From assembly GCA_964372275.1 (NCBI GenBank), contig CAYJRR010000002.1, positions 16,522 to 80,521 on the forward strand: a stretch of 64,000 nucleotides of DNA, written 5' to 3'. Every line of letters starts with the position of its first letter. Position 1 is the stretch's first letter. This DNA is from an uncultured bacterium (lineage in GTDB: Bacteria > CAYJRR01). Under the pieces are notes generated by a model, which saw only the letters and a list, made by a program, of their open reading frames with translations, was not told where the DNA came from and made no database searches. Below, piece by piece: positions 9,923 to 18,474 of the stretch. The position numbers and the translations under genes are program-made.

Positions 9923-11371
9923 CTAGCCGCCTCCCGCGGAGGACTTCTTCTTGGCCTTCGCCGAAGGCTGCGCGGACTTCGACTTCGCCTTGCGCGCGCG
10001 CTCGGCGTAGCCGGGGATCTCCACCTGCTTGGCGCGGGTCAGCGCCAGCGCGCCGGCCGCCACGTCCTTGGTGATCGTCGAGCCGGCGCCGAGCACCGCC
10101 CCCTTCCCGATCCGGACCGGCGCCACGAGCTGCGTGTCGCTGCCGATGAAGACGCCGTCCTCGATCGTCGTCCGGTGCTTGGCGTAGCCGTCGTAGTTGC
10201 AGGTAATCGTGCCGGCGCCGACGTTCACCCCGGAACCGATCGTCGCGTCGCCGAGGTAGGCGAGGTGGTTCGCCTTCGATCCCTTCCCCAGCGTGCTCTT
10301 CTTCACCTCGACGAAGTTCCCGACGTGGACCTCCTCGCCGAGATCCGCTTCCGGACGCAGGTGCGCGAAGGGGCCGACGATCGCCCCGCGGGCGGCGCGG
10401 GCGCGGGTCAGGACGCAGTACGGCTTCACGTGGACCCCGGACCCGAGGACCACCTCCTCGAGCACCGAGCCGGTCTCGATCGTCGCCCTGTCGCCGATCG
10501 CGCAGGCGCCCCGGATCTCGACCCGCGGGTGAATCGTGGTGTCGGCCCCCAGCCGCGCGCGGGGATCGATGCGCGTCGAGGCCGGGTCGAGGATCGTGCG
10601 CCCCTCCGCCATCCAGTGGGCGGCGACGCGGCGGAAGAGGGCGACCTCGGCCTGCGCGAGCTGCGCGCGGTCGTTGATCCCCTCGAACTCCCACGCCGGC
10701 TCGCGGAGCGCGGCGGCGGCGCAGGTCCCGCGCGCGGCGGCGCGGGCGACGACGTCGGTGAGGTAGAGCTCCTTCTGCGCGTTGGCGGGCCGGATCTCGG
10801 CGAGCGCCTCGAAAAGGAACGTCGCGTCCGCGGCGAGGATTCCGGTGTTGATCTCGCCGATCGCGCGCTCGGCCTCCCCGGCATCCCGGTGCTCGACGAT
10901 CCGCTCGACGCGATCGCCGCCGCCCGGGGAGCGGACGATGCGTCCGTAACCGGTCGGGTCGGGCGGGCGGGTGGTGAGGACGGTCAGCGGTCCGTTCGCG
11001 GCGGCGTGCCGATCGAGGAGCGCGCGCAGGGAGTCGGCGCGCACCAGAGGCGCGTCTCCGGGGAGGATCAGCACCGTTCCGCGGAAGCCGGCGAGCGCGT
11101 CGCGACAGACCTGTACCGCGTGGCCGGTACCGCGCGGATCTCCCTGGTCGACGAAGGCGATCCCCGCGTGCGCGGCGCAGGCGGTGCGCACCCCGTCGGC
11201 GCCGTGGCCGACGACGACCAGGCGGCGCGCCGCCGAAAGCGCCGCGGTCGTTTCGAGGAGATGATCGATCATCGGCCGCCAGGCGACCGGATGGAGGACC
11301 TTGGGAAGGTCCGACTTCATCCGCGTCCCCTTGCCGGCGGCGAGGAGGACGATCGCGAGAGGGGAGGTCAT
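9923..11371 (-). CDS. glmU: Bifunctional UDP-GlcNAc pyrophosphorylase / GlcN-1-P acetyltransferase
   Basis: Starts MTSPLAIVLLAAGKGTRMKSDLPKVLHP inside track ORF 9923..11536, in frame. C-terminal left-handed beta-helix hexapeptide repeats. Confidence 0.95.
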   Translation of the reverse strand: MTSPLAIVLLAAGKGTRMKSDLPKVLHPVAWRPMIDHLLETTAALSAARRLVVVGHGADGVRTACAAHAGIAFVDQGDPRGTGHAVQVCRDALAGFRGTVLILPGDAPLVRADSLRALLDRHAAANGPLTVLTTRPPDPTGYGRIVRSPGGGDRVERIVEHRDAGEAERAIGEINTGILAADATFLFEALAEIRPANAQKELYLTDVVARAAARGTCAAAALREPAWEFEGINDRAQLAQAEVALFRRVAAHWMAEGRTILDPASTRIDPRARLGADTTIHPRVEIRGACAIGDRATIETGSVLEEVVLGSGVHVKPYCVLTRARAARGAIVGPFAHLRPEADLGEEVHVGNFVEVKKSTLGKGSKANHLAYLGDATIGSGVNVGAGTITCNYDGYAKHRTTIEDGVFIGSDTQLVAPVRIGKGAVLGAGSTITKDVAAGALALTRAKQVEIPGYAERARKAKSKSAQPSAKAKKKSSAGGG

Positions 11372-11444
11372 GGCGCGCGTGGGGGTCGAAGGCGGATCAT
11401 AGACGAAAAGACCGGCCTCCCACGAAAGGTCTCCCCCTATTACG

Positions 11445-11458
11445 CCGCAAGCTTGCGG
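11445..11458. repeat. 14-bp perfect palindrome CCGCAAGCTTGCGG in the glmU/ssb divergent intergenic region
   Basis: Read directly from the sequence. Function unknown; it could be an operator or a small hairpin. Confidence 0.6.
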
Positions 11459-11611
11459 TCGAACGATACGCGGTCTCGCGCCGCTCGCGCGCCGCCGGCC
11501 CTCTTTCCCCTTGCCCGCGGACGTTGCACGCGACAAAGTGCGCGCGTCGTCAGCGGCCGCTCCAGTGGCGGCTCCAGGACCGGCGAACAGCGATTCGGGG
11601 GTACTTCAAGC

Positions 11612-12064
11612 ATGGGCTCGTTGAACAAGGCGATGATCATCGGACGGCTCGGTCGGGACCCGGAGGTCCGCTACACGCAGGGGGGCCAGGCGGTCGCCTC
11701 CTTCAGCGTCGCGACCGACCACAAGTGGACCAACAAGAGCGGCGAGAAGCAGGAGAAGACCGAGTGGCACCGGATCAAGGCGTGGGGGAAGCTGGCGGAG
11801 CTGGCCGGCGAGTACCTGGCCAAGGGTCGGCAGGTCTACGTCGAAGGCCGCATCGAGACGAGCGAGTACACCGACAAGGACGGCGTGAAGAAGTATTCGA
11901 CCGAGATCAACGCCGAGACGATCCAGTTCCTCGACAGCGGCAAGGGGGCGGAGGGCGGCCGCGGTCGTGGTGAGGGGGGCCCGCGCAACGGCGGGAGCTC
12001 CTCGAGCGGAGGTCCCGGCGGCGCCGAGTCGGGCCCGGCGGCGGACGACGACATTCCGTTCTAG
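11612..12064 (+). CDS. ssb: Single-stranded DNA-binding protein
   Basis: 150-aa product. OB fold NKAMIIGRLGRDPEVRYTQGG..TEWHRIKAWGKLAE, Gly-rich linker and canonical acidic tail DDDIPF. Confidence 0.95.
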   Translation: MGSLNKAMIIGRLGRDPEVRYTQGGQAVASFSVATDHKWTNKSGEKQEKTEWHRIKAWGKLAELAGEYLAKGRQVYVEGRIETSEYTDKDGVKKYSTEINAETIQFLDSGKGAEGGRGRGEGGPRNGGSSSSGGPGGAESGPAADDDIPF

Positions 12065-12078
12065 CGCCTCGAGCGTCA

Positions 12079-12266
12079 CTCTCCTCTCGAACGTTCCACC
12101 TCGCTTCTCCTACTCCTTCTCCTCGAGTCTTCCCCCTCCTCCTTCTCCTGCTCCTCCGCCTGGCGCTGAAGGAGTAGCGGAAAGGAGGAGGAGAAGGAGA
12201 AGTGAGGAGATCCGGGGAGGAGGAGTAGGAGGAGCGAGGAGGGGGAGGGGATGACGATGAGGAGGG
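12079..12266. repeat. Polypyrimidine/polypurine imperfect inverted repeat (long hairpin), same family as the 21.1/21.6 kb repeats
   Basis: CT-rich arm 12079-12160, loop about 12161-12170, GA-rich arm 12171-12266. The distal arms 12099-12122 and 12216-12239 pair at 22/24 positions, and both mismatches would be G-U in RNA. Shares the 21-mer AAGGAGGAGGAGAAGGAGAAG (12182-12202) with ftsK 19351-19371. Confidence 0.75.
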
Positions 12267-12273
12267 TGCCGGC

Positions 12274-12726
12274 CTACCGGTTCGGCGAAGCGTCGGGTTC
12301 GATCCGGACGTACCACCGCCCGTCCTTTCGCTCCCACCGCTGGGTGACGGTTTCGCTTCGTTCCACCAGTTCGTCGTTGCGGTAGTAGCTCCAGGTCACG
12401 ACGACGTTTGCCTCGTGCGCGTCGGCCGGGTAGTCGATCGCGCCGACTCGCACGGCAGTAAAGCGGCGCTCCCTCTCCCGCTCGGCCTGCGCGGAGAGGA
12501 ACCGCACACGGTCGGCGGCAGGGACGAACTCGACGGCCCGTTCCACGAAGCCCGATCGAACCAGGTCGTTGAAACGGGCGGCCGCGTCGGAAAGCTCTTC
12601 GGACTCGCGGCGATGCACCCGCTGCGCGGAAGCGCACGCGGCCGCCAGGACGGAGAGCGTGACGGCCGCGAGAACGAGGGTGCGCCGGATCGGCCTTCGC
12701 ATCGATTGGACGGTATCGTTGCGCAT
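12274..12726 (-). CDS. Hypothetical lipoprotein
   Basis: The track ORF starts at a TTG at 12738. In-frame ATGs at 12726 and 12702 precede a lipoprotein signal RRTLVLAAVTLSVLAAAC. No recognised family, and the start is ambiguous. Confidence 0.6.
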   Translation of the reverse strand: MRNDTVQSMRRPIRRTLVLAAVTLSVLAAACASAQRVHRRESEELSDAAARFNDLVRSGFVERAVEFVPAADRVRFLSAQAERERERRFTAVRVGAIDYPADAHEANVVVTWSYYRNDELVERSETVTQRWERKDGRWYVRIEPDASPNR

Positions 12727-12822
12727 CGTCCCGGGCAAGGCGCGTGACCGCAGATACTGCGCCGGGCCGAATTCGGTGTAGGATCGGGACTTGTTCCCGG
12801 GTGATCCACATCAGGAGGCTCC

Positions 12823-13407
12823 ATGCGTCTTCGCACCGTCGTCGGCTCGATTCTGATCTTCGGCAGCGCCATCGGTTGCGACGTCCTCGACGACCTGAGC
12901 ACCGACATCGACCTCGAGCTGACCTGGGACGGCGCCTACTCCAACGCGACCGGTGGCGCCTGCACCGCCGACGGGCAGACCTACGACGAGACCGAGTCGG
13001 TGCCAGAGGAGGCGATCGACGCGGGGCTTGAGATCAAAAGCTACGAGATCACGAGCTGGACGCTGACCCAGAACTCCGTCAGCGGCACGGGTCAGGTCGG
13101 ACTCGCCGGCTACGGTCTGTTCAAAGGGGACGGAACGCCGATCGTCGTCGCCACGTCGTCCGAGTGCGCCGGCACGGAGCTCAGCCTGACCGACGTCACC
13201 GCCGCCAACCAGTGTCTCGAAAACCTTCGCCTGCTGCTCAACGACGACCAGGCGGCGCTGCTCGAGGCGATCAACGTCGACGGGACGCTCCGGGGGATGG
13301 GCACCGTCAACTGCTCCGGCGACTTCTCGGTCGACGTGACGATCCAGATGGCGATCACGGCGAAGGTCGGCACGTCGAGCGACGACGAAGAAGAGGCGCC
13401 GGAGTAG
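12823..13407 (+). CDS. Hypothetical lipoprotein with acidic tail
   Basis: 194-aa ORF with AGGAGG 5 nt upstream of the ATG. Lipobox ILIFGSAIGC and high GC3. No recognised family. Confidence 0.65.
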   Translation: MRLRTVVGSILIFGSAIGCDVLDDLSTDIDLELTWDGAYSNATGGACTADGQTYDETESVPEEAIDAGLEIKSYEITSWTLTQNSVSGTGQVGLAGYGLFKGDGTPIVVATSSECAGTELSLTDVTAANQCLENLRLLLNDDQAALLEAINVDGTLRGMGTVNCSGDFSVDVTIQMAITAKVGTSSDDEEEAPE

Positions 13408-13414
13408 CCCGCCG

Positions 13415-13831
13415 ATGCTCCTCCGTCGACGGGTCCTGTCGTTCGCGCCGTTCCTCTTGTCGGCGTGCGTCTGCCGGATGGGCCCTCCGGGGCCCGCGAC
13501 CGCCCCGGCGATGCCGCCACCGCCGCCGCCGCCGCGTGAGTGGCTCTACGTCGGCGCGCATCCGGTGCCGGCCGGTCTCGGCGGGGGGTGGGACGACACC
13601 CGCGGAAACCACGCCCATCCCTACGCCCCGGAGCCGCTCGACGGCTATCGCCAGGAGGGGAACCACTACCGCTGGACGGGACCCGGCCCCGGCGACGGCA
13701 CGCGTGGCCCCGACTATCGCGAGGGACGAGGCGCAGCTGGAAGCGACACCGGCCTCGGCACCACCACCACCCGCGAAGGGGCCGACGACCGCGACCGAAA
13801 GAAGGACGAGAAGGTGAAGGTCCCCAAGTAG
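13415..13831 (+). CDS. Hypothetical Pro-rich lipoprotein
   Basis: 138-aa ORF with lipobox FLLSAC, a PPPPPPP tract and a basic tail. Confidence 0.5.
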   Translation: MLLRRRVLSFAPFLLSACVCRMGPPGPATAPAMPPPPPPPREWLYVGAHPVPAGLGGGWDDTRGNHAHPYAPEPLDGYRQEGNHYRWTGPGPGDGTRGPDYREGRGAAGSDTGLGTTTTREGADDRDRKKDEKVKVPK

Positions 13832-13851
13832 GGGACCGACCTGGCGGTTGG

Positions 13852-14271
13852 ATGAAGCGAACCAACGTCTCGTCCGGCGCCAAGTGGGAGTCGATCGTCG
13901 GCTACTCCCGGCTCGTCCGCGTCGGAGACCGGATCTACGTGACCGGAACGACGGCGACCACGCCGGAAGGCGGTCGCGTCGGAGACGGCGATGCGTATGC
14001 GCAGGCCTACCAGGCGCTTCGCAACATCGAGCGCGCCTTGGGACAGGTGGGCGGGACGCTTCGGGACGTCGTCCGGACCCGGCTGTTCGTGACCGACATC
14101 CGGCGCGATTGGGAAGCCGTCGGGCGTGCGCACGCGGAGCTGCTCGGCGCGGTTCGACCCGCGACGTCGATGGTCGAGGTCGCACGCCTCATCGAGGACT
14201 GGATGCTGGTGGAGATCGAAGCCGACGCGGTGCTCGGCGCGACGGTCGAATCAGGAGACCGGGGGACGTAG
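13852..14271 (+). CDS. RidA/YjgF-like family protein
   Basis: 139-aa product inside track ORF 13540..14271, in frame. Motifs: SIVGYSRLVRVGDRIYVTGTTA..AYAQAYQALRNIERAL..RTRLFVTDI..ATSMVEV. Confidence 0.8.
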   Translation: MKRTNVSSGAKWESIVGYSRLVRVGDRIYVTGTTATTPEGGRVGDGDAYAQAYQALRNIERALGQVGGTLRDVVRTRLFVTDIRRDWEAVGRAHAELLGAVRPATSMVEVARLIEDWMLVEIEADAVLGATVESGDRGT

Positions 14272-16533
14272 CGATCGGGGAGCGTCGCCCAAGGGGGCGA
14301 CCGGGACCTCGATGCTGGGGTCGGAGTCGGTCGGAGGGAGCGGGCGCGGGGCGATCGACGACCAGAGGGTGGTGCGGTTCCGGCCGTTCTCCTTGGAGCG
14401 GTAGAGCGCCTGGTCGGCGCGGTCGAGGAGGCGGGCCTTCAACTCGGTGGCCGAATCATGCGGTTTGGGGGAACCAGCGTCGCCGGGCCAGGCCGCGATC
14501 CCGGCGCTCATCGTGATGCGGAAGGTCGTCCCCTTGTGCTCGAACTCCTCGCGGGCGATGGCGGCGCGCACCTTGTCGATCACCGCCGCGGAGCTGGCGC
14601 CATCGCTGTCGGCGAGGACGACGACGAACTCCTCCCCGCCGTACCGGGCGATCAGGTCGGTCTTCCGCTGCAACGTGGCGCGCAGCACCTTGCTCACCCG
14701 CCGGAGGACCTCGTCGCCGGTCGGATGGCCGTATTTGTCGTTCACTTTCTTGAAGTGGTCGATGTCGGCGAGCACCAGCGAGAAGCGGGTCGACGGATTG
14801 CGTTGGGCCCGCTCGATCTCGCGGGTGAACGCCTCCTGGAAGTAGCGGTGGTTGTGCAGGCCGGTCAGCCCGTCGGTCGTCGCCAGCTCCTCCATCCGCC
14901 GGAAGAGCGCCGCGCTCGACATCGACATCGCCGTCTGTCGCGAGACGTTCTCCAGGAGGTCGAACTCGTCCTTGGTGAAGGCGTCGCGCGTCATCGAGGC
15001 GAAGACGCAGGCGCCGAGCGCGTCCCCCGTCTCGGGGCGGAGCATCGGGAAGATCAGCGCCGCCCGGACGCCGGCAGGGTCGAGGCGGGCGCCGATCAGC
15101 GGCGTCTTCACCGTGCGCGCCTGGAATCCGGGAGCGTTGAGGTAGACGCGATTGCGCAGCACCCAGCCGACCAGCGTCTCGCCGGTCGGCGCGTCCTTTC
15201 CGAGCAGCCGTCCCTCGTCGATCCCGGACGCGTTGCCGATCGTGAACCGCTCCCCTTCGGCTGCGCCGAAGACGACGAGCGCGCAGTCGATCTGCGCCAG
15301 CTTCGACGCCGACCGCAGCGCCTCCAGGCCGATCGCCTCCGGCCGGAGCTTCCCTTGCAGCGCCTTCGAAACCTCCAGCAGGTGTCGATGCTGGTCGGAG
15401 AGCTTCTCCCGCCGCTCGCGCTCGCGCCCGGCGTTCTCCAGCTCCCGGAGGAGACGTCCGATCCCGAGCAGGATCTCGGCGGCGGCCTTGCCGTAACGGT
15501 CGGCCTCGAGGTGGTCGGCGACGAGAAGCCCCGTGACCCAGTTCCCTTCGACGATCGGCGCAACCACCACCGACCGCACGCCGACCTCCTTGCGGTAGTA
15601 GGCGACCGGCATCGCCTTCACGTCGTTGAGGACGATCGGCTGGCGATTCTTGATCGCGCCGGCAAAAAACCCTTCGCGCGGGTCGAGCGGCGTCTCGACC
15701 AGGTCGTCCCCCTCGCTCAAGGCGTCGGCGACGACGAGCCGTTCGTTGCGCGCGTCGCAGCGGAAGTAGACGACGGTGTGCGCCGAGAGCGTGTCGCGAG
15801 CCAGGCTCACGGCGCGGTGGATCGACGCGTCGAGCTCGTTCTGCAGCTCGCGCAGTCGGCGCTCCCGCTCCTGCGCCAACAGCCCCTTCTCCTCCTTCAG
15901 GTCCTCCACGTCGTCGGTCTCGGCCGCGAGCGCCTCCGACGCCCCCTGGAAACGCGACAGCCGCCGGGCGGCGTCGATCCGCGCCTGCCGCTCGAGTCGC
16001 AGGAAGGCGCCGACCACCGATGCGAAGGAGAAAAGCATCGCGGCGTGCGTCAGCAGCAGCGGTGCGTAGTCGCGCAAAGCCCCGGCGGCGAAGACCGGAA
16101 GCCCTTCGAGCAGCGCCGCCAGACCGGCGAGCAGCAGCGAGGAGGTCAGGTCGGTGTGTGCGGCCATCAGCGCCAGCACCAGGAAGAGGACCGGGTAGAG
16201 CAGGGAGTGGGTCCCGCCGGTCGCCTGGACCACGATCGTCGCCAAAAGCACCATCAGGCTGCCGACCTCCAACCCGTCGCGCCGAGAGGGGGCCGTCCCC
16301 TCCTCGCGGGTGGCGATGCGGAGCATCTTGGCGGCGGCGATCCCGAGGAGGACGGCGGTCACCAGCAGCTTGGAGGTGTCGAGCGCCGAGACGAACCCCT
16401 CCCCCTGCGACGGCCTGAAGAAGCCGAAGGCGACGAGCGCGCCGTAGATCAGCGCCGTCCCGCCGTAGATCGGCGAGGTGCGCCGCTGGATCCGGCGCGG
16501 CGTTTTCAACCTCGTGGTGTTCATCGACGGCAT
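14251..16533 (-). CDS. Membrane-anchored GAF-GAF-GGDEF diguanylate cyclase
   Basis: 760-aa ORF. N-terminal multi-TM region, a coiled segment and two GAF-like regions. GGDEF domain: LVLADIDHFKKVNDKYGHPTGDEVL..RYGGEEFVVVLAD..ADQALYRSKENGRN. Confidence 0.85.
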   Translation of the reverse strand: MPSMNTTRLKTPRRIQRRTSPIYGGTALIYGALVAFGFFRPSQGEGFVSALDTSKLLVTAVLLGIAAAKMLRIATREEGTAPSRRDGLEVGSLMVLLATIVVQATGGTHSLLYPVLFLVLALMAAHTDLTSSLLLAGLAALLEGLPVFAAGALRDYAPLLLTHAAMLFSFASVVGAFLRLERQARIDAARRLSRFQGASEALAAETDDVEDLKEEKGLLAQERERRLRELQNELDASIHRAVSLARDTLSAHTVVYFRCDARNERLVVADALSEGDDLVETPLDPREGFFAGAIKNRQPIVLNDVKAMPVAYYRKEVGVRSVVVAPIVEGNWVTGLLVADHLEADRYGKAAAEILLGIGRLLRELENAGRERERREKLSDQHRHLLEVSKALQGKLRPEAIGLEALRSASKLAQIDCALVVFGAAEGERFTIGNASGIDEGRLLGKDAPTGETLVGWVLRNRVYLNAPGFQARTVKTPLIGARLDPAGVRAALIFPMLRPETGDALGACVFASMTRDAFTKDEFDLLENVSRQTAMSMSSAALFRRMEELATTDGLTGLHNHRYFQEAFTREIERAQRNPSTRFSLVLADIDHFKKVNDKYGHPTGDEVLRRVSKVLRATLQRKTDLIARYGGEEFVVVLADSDGASSAAVIDKVRAAIAREEFEHKGTTFRITMSAGIAAWPGDAGSPKPHDSATELKARLLDRADQALYRSKENGRNRTTLWSSIAPRPLPPTDSDPSIEVPVAPLGDAPRSLRPPVS

Positions 16534-16570
16534 CGATCGGCCACGGACGGGATCGGTCGGACGGGGACGT

Positions 16571-16846
16571 TCACTCGGGGGGGAACCGGTAGACGGTTTC
16601 GCCTTCGCGCACGACCCCCTGGCTCTCGCGGGCGACGCGCTCCAGGTATGCGTCGTCCTCGTGAAGGCGGCGGACGTTCTCGCGGAGGCGGGCGTTCTCG
16701 GATTCGATCGACTCGGCCTTGACGCGCAGGCGCGCCTCCTCGGCGCGTAGCCGCCGGATCGCGAGCAGGCCCCGGTCGCCGAACGCGGAGGAGATCCCGA
16801 GGATGGTCATCAGCGCGGCGGCCCCGGCGAAGGCGAACCGTTTCAC
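16571..16846 (-). CDS. ftsB: Septum formation initiator (FtsB/DivIC family)
   Basis: The GTG at 16846 overlaps the rimO TGA (GTGA). 91-aa product with a TM helix (FAFAGAAALMTILGISSAF), a coiled coil (LRAEEARLRVKAESIESENARLRENVRRL) and the ..YLERVARESQGVVREGE motif. Confidence 0.65.
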   Translation of the reverse strand: MKRFAFAGAAALMTILGISSAFGDRGLLAIRRLRAEEARLRVKAESIESENARLRENVRRLHEDDAYLERVARESQGVVREGETVYRFPPE

Positions 16847-18315
16847 GAGAGGATCGTCCCAACCCGGGTGGTGCGCGGCGCGGCCCCCCCGGCGTGTTCC
16901 AAGTCGTGGTGGTGCGGAACCGCATCGCACGCCGCCTCCTGGCGCGGGAGGAGGCGCACCGGCTCGGCGTCGTCGCGCGGACCCCGGACGATCCCCCCCA
17001 CGAGGTCGTGCGCGTGGGTCTCGGCGATCTTCACGGGGACCAGGTCCCCGGCCTTGGCCTTCCCTTCGTTGACGTAGACGACGCCGTCGACGTCGGGGGC
17101 CTGCGTCGCCATGCGGCCCACGAGCAGGTGCTCGGTCTCCGGCGAGACGCCGTCGACGAGGACGGTCACCGTCTTGCCGCGGAGCTTCTTCAGGCGCGCC
17201 GCCGAGATCTTCTCCTGGCGCTCCATCACGCGGCGGCGCCGGTCCTCCTTGACCTCCGGTGGGACGTCGTCCTCGAGCTTCGCCGCCGGCGTCCCCTCTT
17301 CGTGCGAGTAGGTGAAGCAGCCGACGTGGTCGAACTTCGTCTCGACGAGGAAGTCGAGCAGCTCGTCGAACTCCGAGTCCGACTCTCCCGGGAAGCCGAC
17401 GATCACGCCGGTGCGAAGCGCGGCGCCCGGGATCGCCCGGCGAAAATCGCGGATCACGCGGCGGATCCCGCCGGCCGTCACCGAGCGGTGCATCGCCCGG
17501 AGCACGCGGTCGCTCGCGTGTTGGATCGGCATGTCGACGTAGGGGACGACCTTCGGCAGCTCGGCGAAGGCGCGTACCAGCCGCGCGGTCACCTTGTCGG
17601 GATACATGTAGTGGACGCGGATCCAGCGAAGCTCCTCGATTCCGTCGAGCCGGGAGAGGAGCTCCGGCAACGCGTCCGGAACCCCCAGGTCGCGGCCGTA
17701 GTCGGTCGAATCCTGGGCGATGAGGTTGATCTCGCGCACGCCGCCCGCGGCGAGGCGGCGCGCCTCGGTCACGACGTCGTCGACCGGGCGGCTGCGCAGC
17801 GGTCCGCGCAGCTTCGGGATGATGCAGAAGGCGCAGCGCGTCGAGCAGCCTTCGGCGATCTTGAGGAAGGTGGAGTGACGGCGCCCGGTCGCCACGCGCG
17901 GCGTCGCGTGGTCGTAGAGGAACTTCGGCCGGCGGAAGAATCCGCGCGCCTTCGGCCTCTCCCGGAGGACCTCGGCGATTCGCGGGAACTCTCCCGTGCC
18001 GAGGAAGTAGTCGACCTCCGGAAGTTCGGCCATCAGTTCGTCGGGGTAGCGCTGCGCGAGGCAGCCGGTCATCAGCAGCGTCTCGCAGCGGCCGCGTTCC
18101 TTGTAGTCGGCCATCTCCAGGATCGTGTCGACCGACTCCGCCTTCGCCGACTCGACGAAGCCGCAGGTGTTCACCACGATCACGTTCGCCTTCGCCGGGT
18201 CGTCGGTGACGGAGTAGCCGGCCTCGGTGGTCAGCCCGAGCATCACCTCGCTGTCGAGGAGGTTCCTCGCACAGCCGAGGCTCACGAAGTGGATGGAGCG
18301 TCCCTTTGGCGACAT
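16843..18315 (-). CDS. rimO: Ribosomal protein S12 methylthiotransferase
   Basis: N-terminus IHFVSLGCARNLLDSEVMLG..VIVVNTCGFVESAK, radical-SAM CSTRCAFC and a TRAM-like C-terminus. About 50 aa of low-complexity C-terminal extension. Confidence 0.9.
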   Translation of the reverse strand: MSPKGRSIHFVSLGCARNLLDSEVMLGLTTEAGYSVTDDPAKANVIVVNTCGFVESAKAESVDTILEMADYKERGRCETLLMTGCLAQRYPDELMAELPEVDYFLGTGEFPRIAEVLRERPKARGFFRRPKFLYDHATPRVATGRRHSTFLKIAEGCSTRCAFCIIPKLRGPLRSRPVDDVVTEARRLAAGGVREINLIAQDSTDYGRDLGVPDALPELLSRLDGIEELRWIRVHYMYPDKVTARLVRAFAELPKVVPYVDMPIQHASDRVLRAMHRSVTAGGIRRVIRDFRRAIPGAALRTGVIVGFPGESDSEFDELLDFLVETKFDHVGCFTYSHEEGTPAAKLEDDVPPEVKEDRRRRVMERQEKISAARLKKLRGKTVTVLVDGVSPETEHLLVGRMATQAPDVDGVVYVNEGKAKAGDLVPVKIAETHAHDLVGGIVRGPRDDAEPVRLLPRQEAACDAVPHHHDLEHAGGAAPRTTRVGTILS

Positions 18316-18394
18316 TCCGGCCCTTTTACGACGGCACCGCCATCGTATCCGACCACCAGGCGCATAAGCAACCGAATTTGCTGCATTATTCTGA

Positions 18395-18423
18395 TTGATT
18401 TCGACGTAAAATTATGCATAATT
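18395..18423 (+). promoter_or_regulatory. Candidate sigma-70 promoter of ftsK overlapped by a 14-bp perfect palindrome
   Basis: TTGATT (18395-18400) - N16 - CATAAT (18417-18422). The palindrome AATTATGCATAATT (18410-18423) covers the -10 box. It lies in a 70-bp island of about 34% GC (hand count, 18361-18430). Confidence 0.45.
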
Positions 18424-18474
18424 AAACTCCAGCCAGATCGCGCGCCCGACGGCGCGCGCGACGGGGAGGTCGCG

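Noticed and set aside
12079-12266. GGAGGAG/CTCCTCC tracts here and at 19.3, 21.1 and 21.6 kb as a CRISPR array
   Set aside because: There is no regular repeat-spacer periodicity, no unique spacers and no cas genes. The tracts are inverted or low-complexity repeats.
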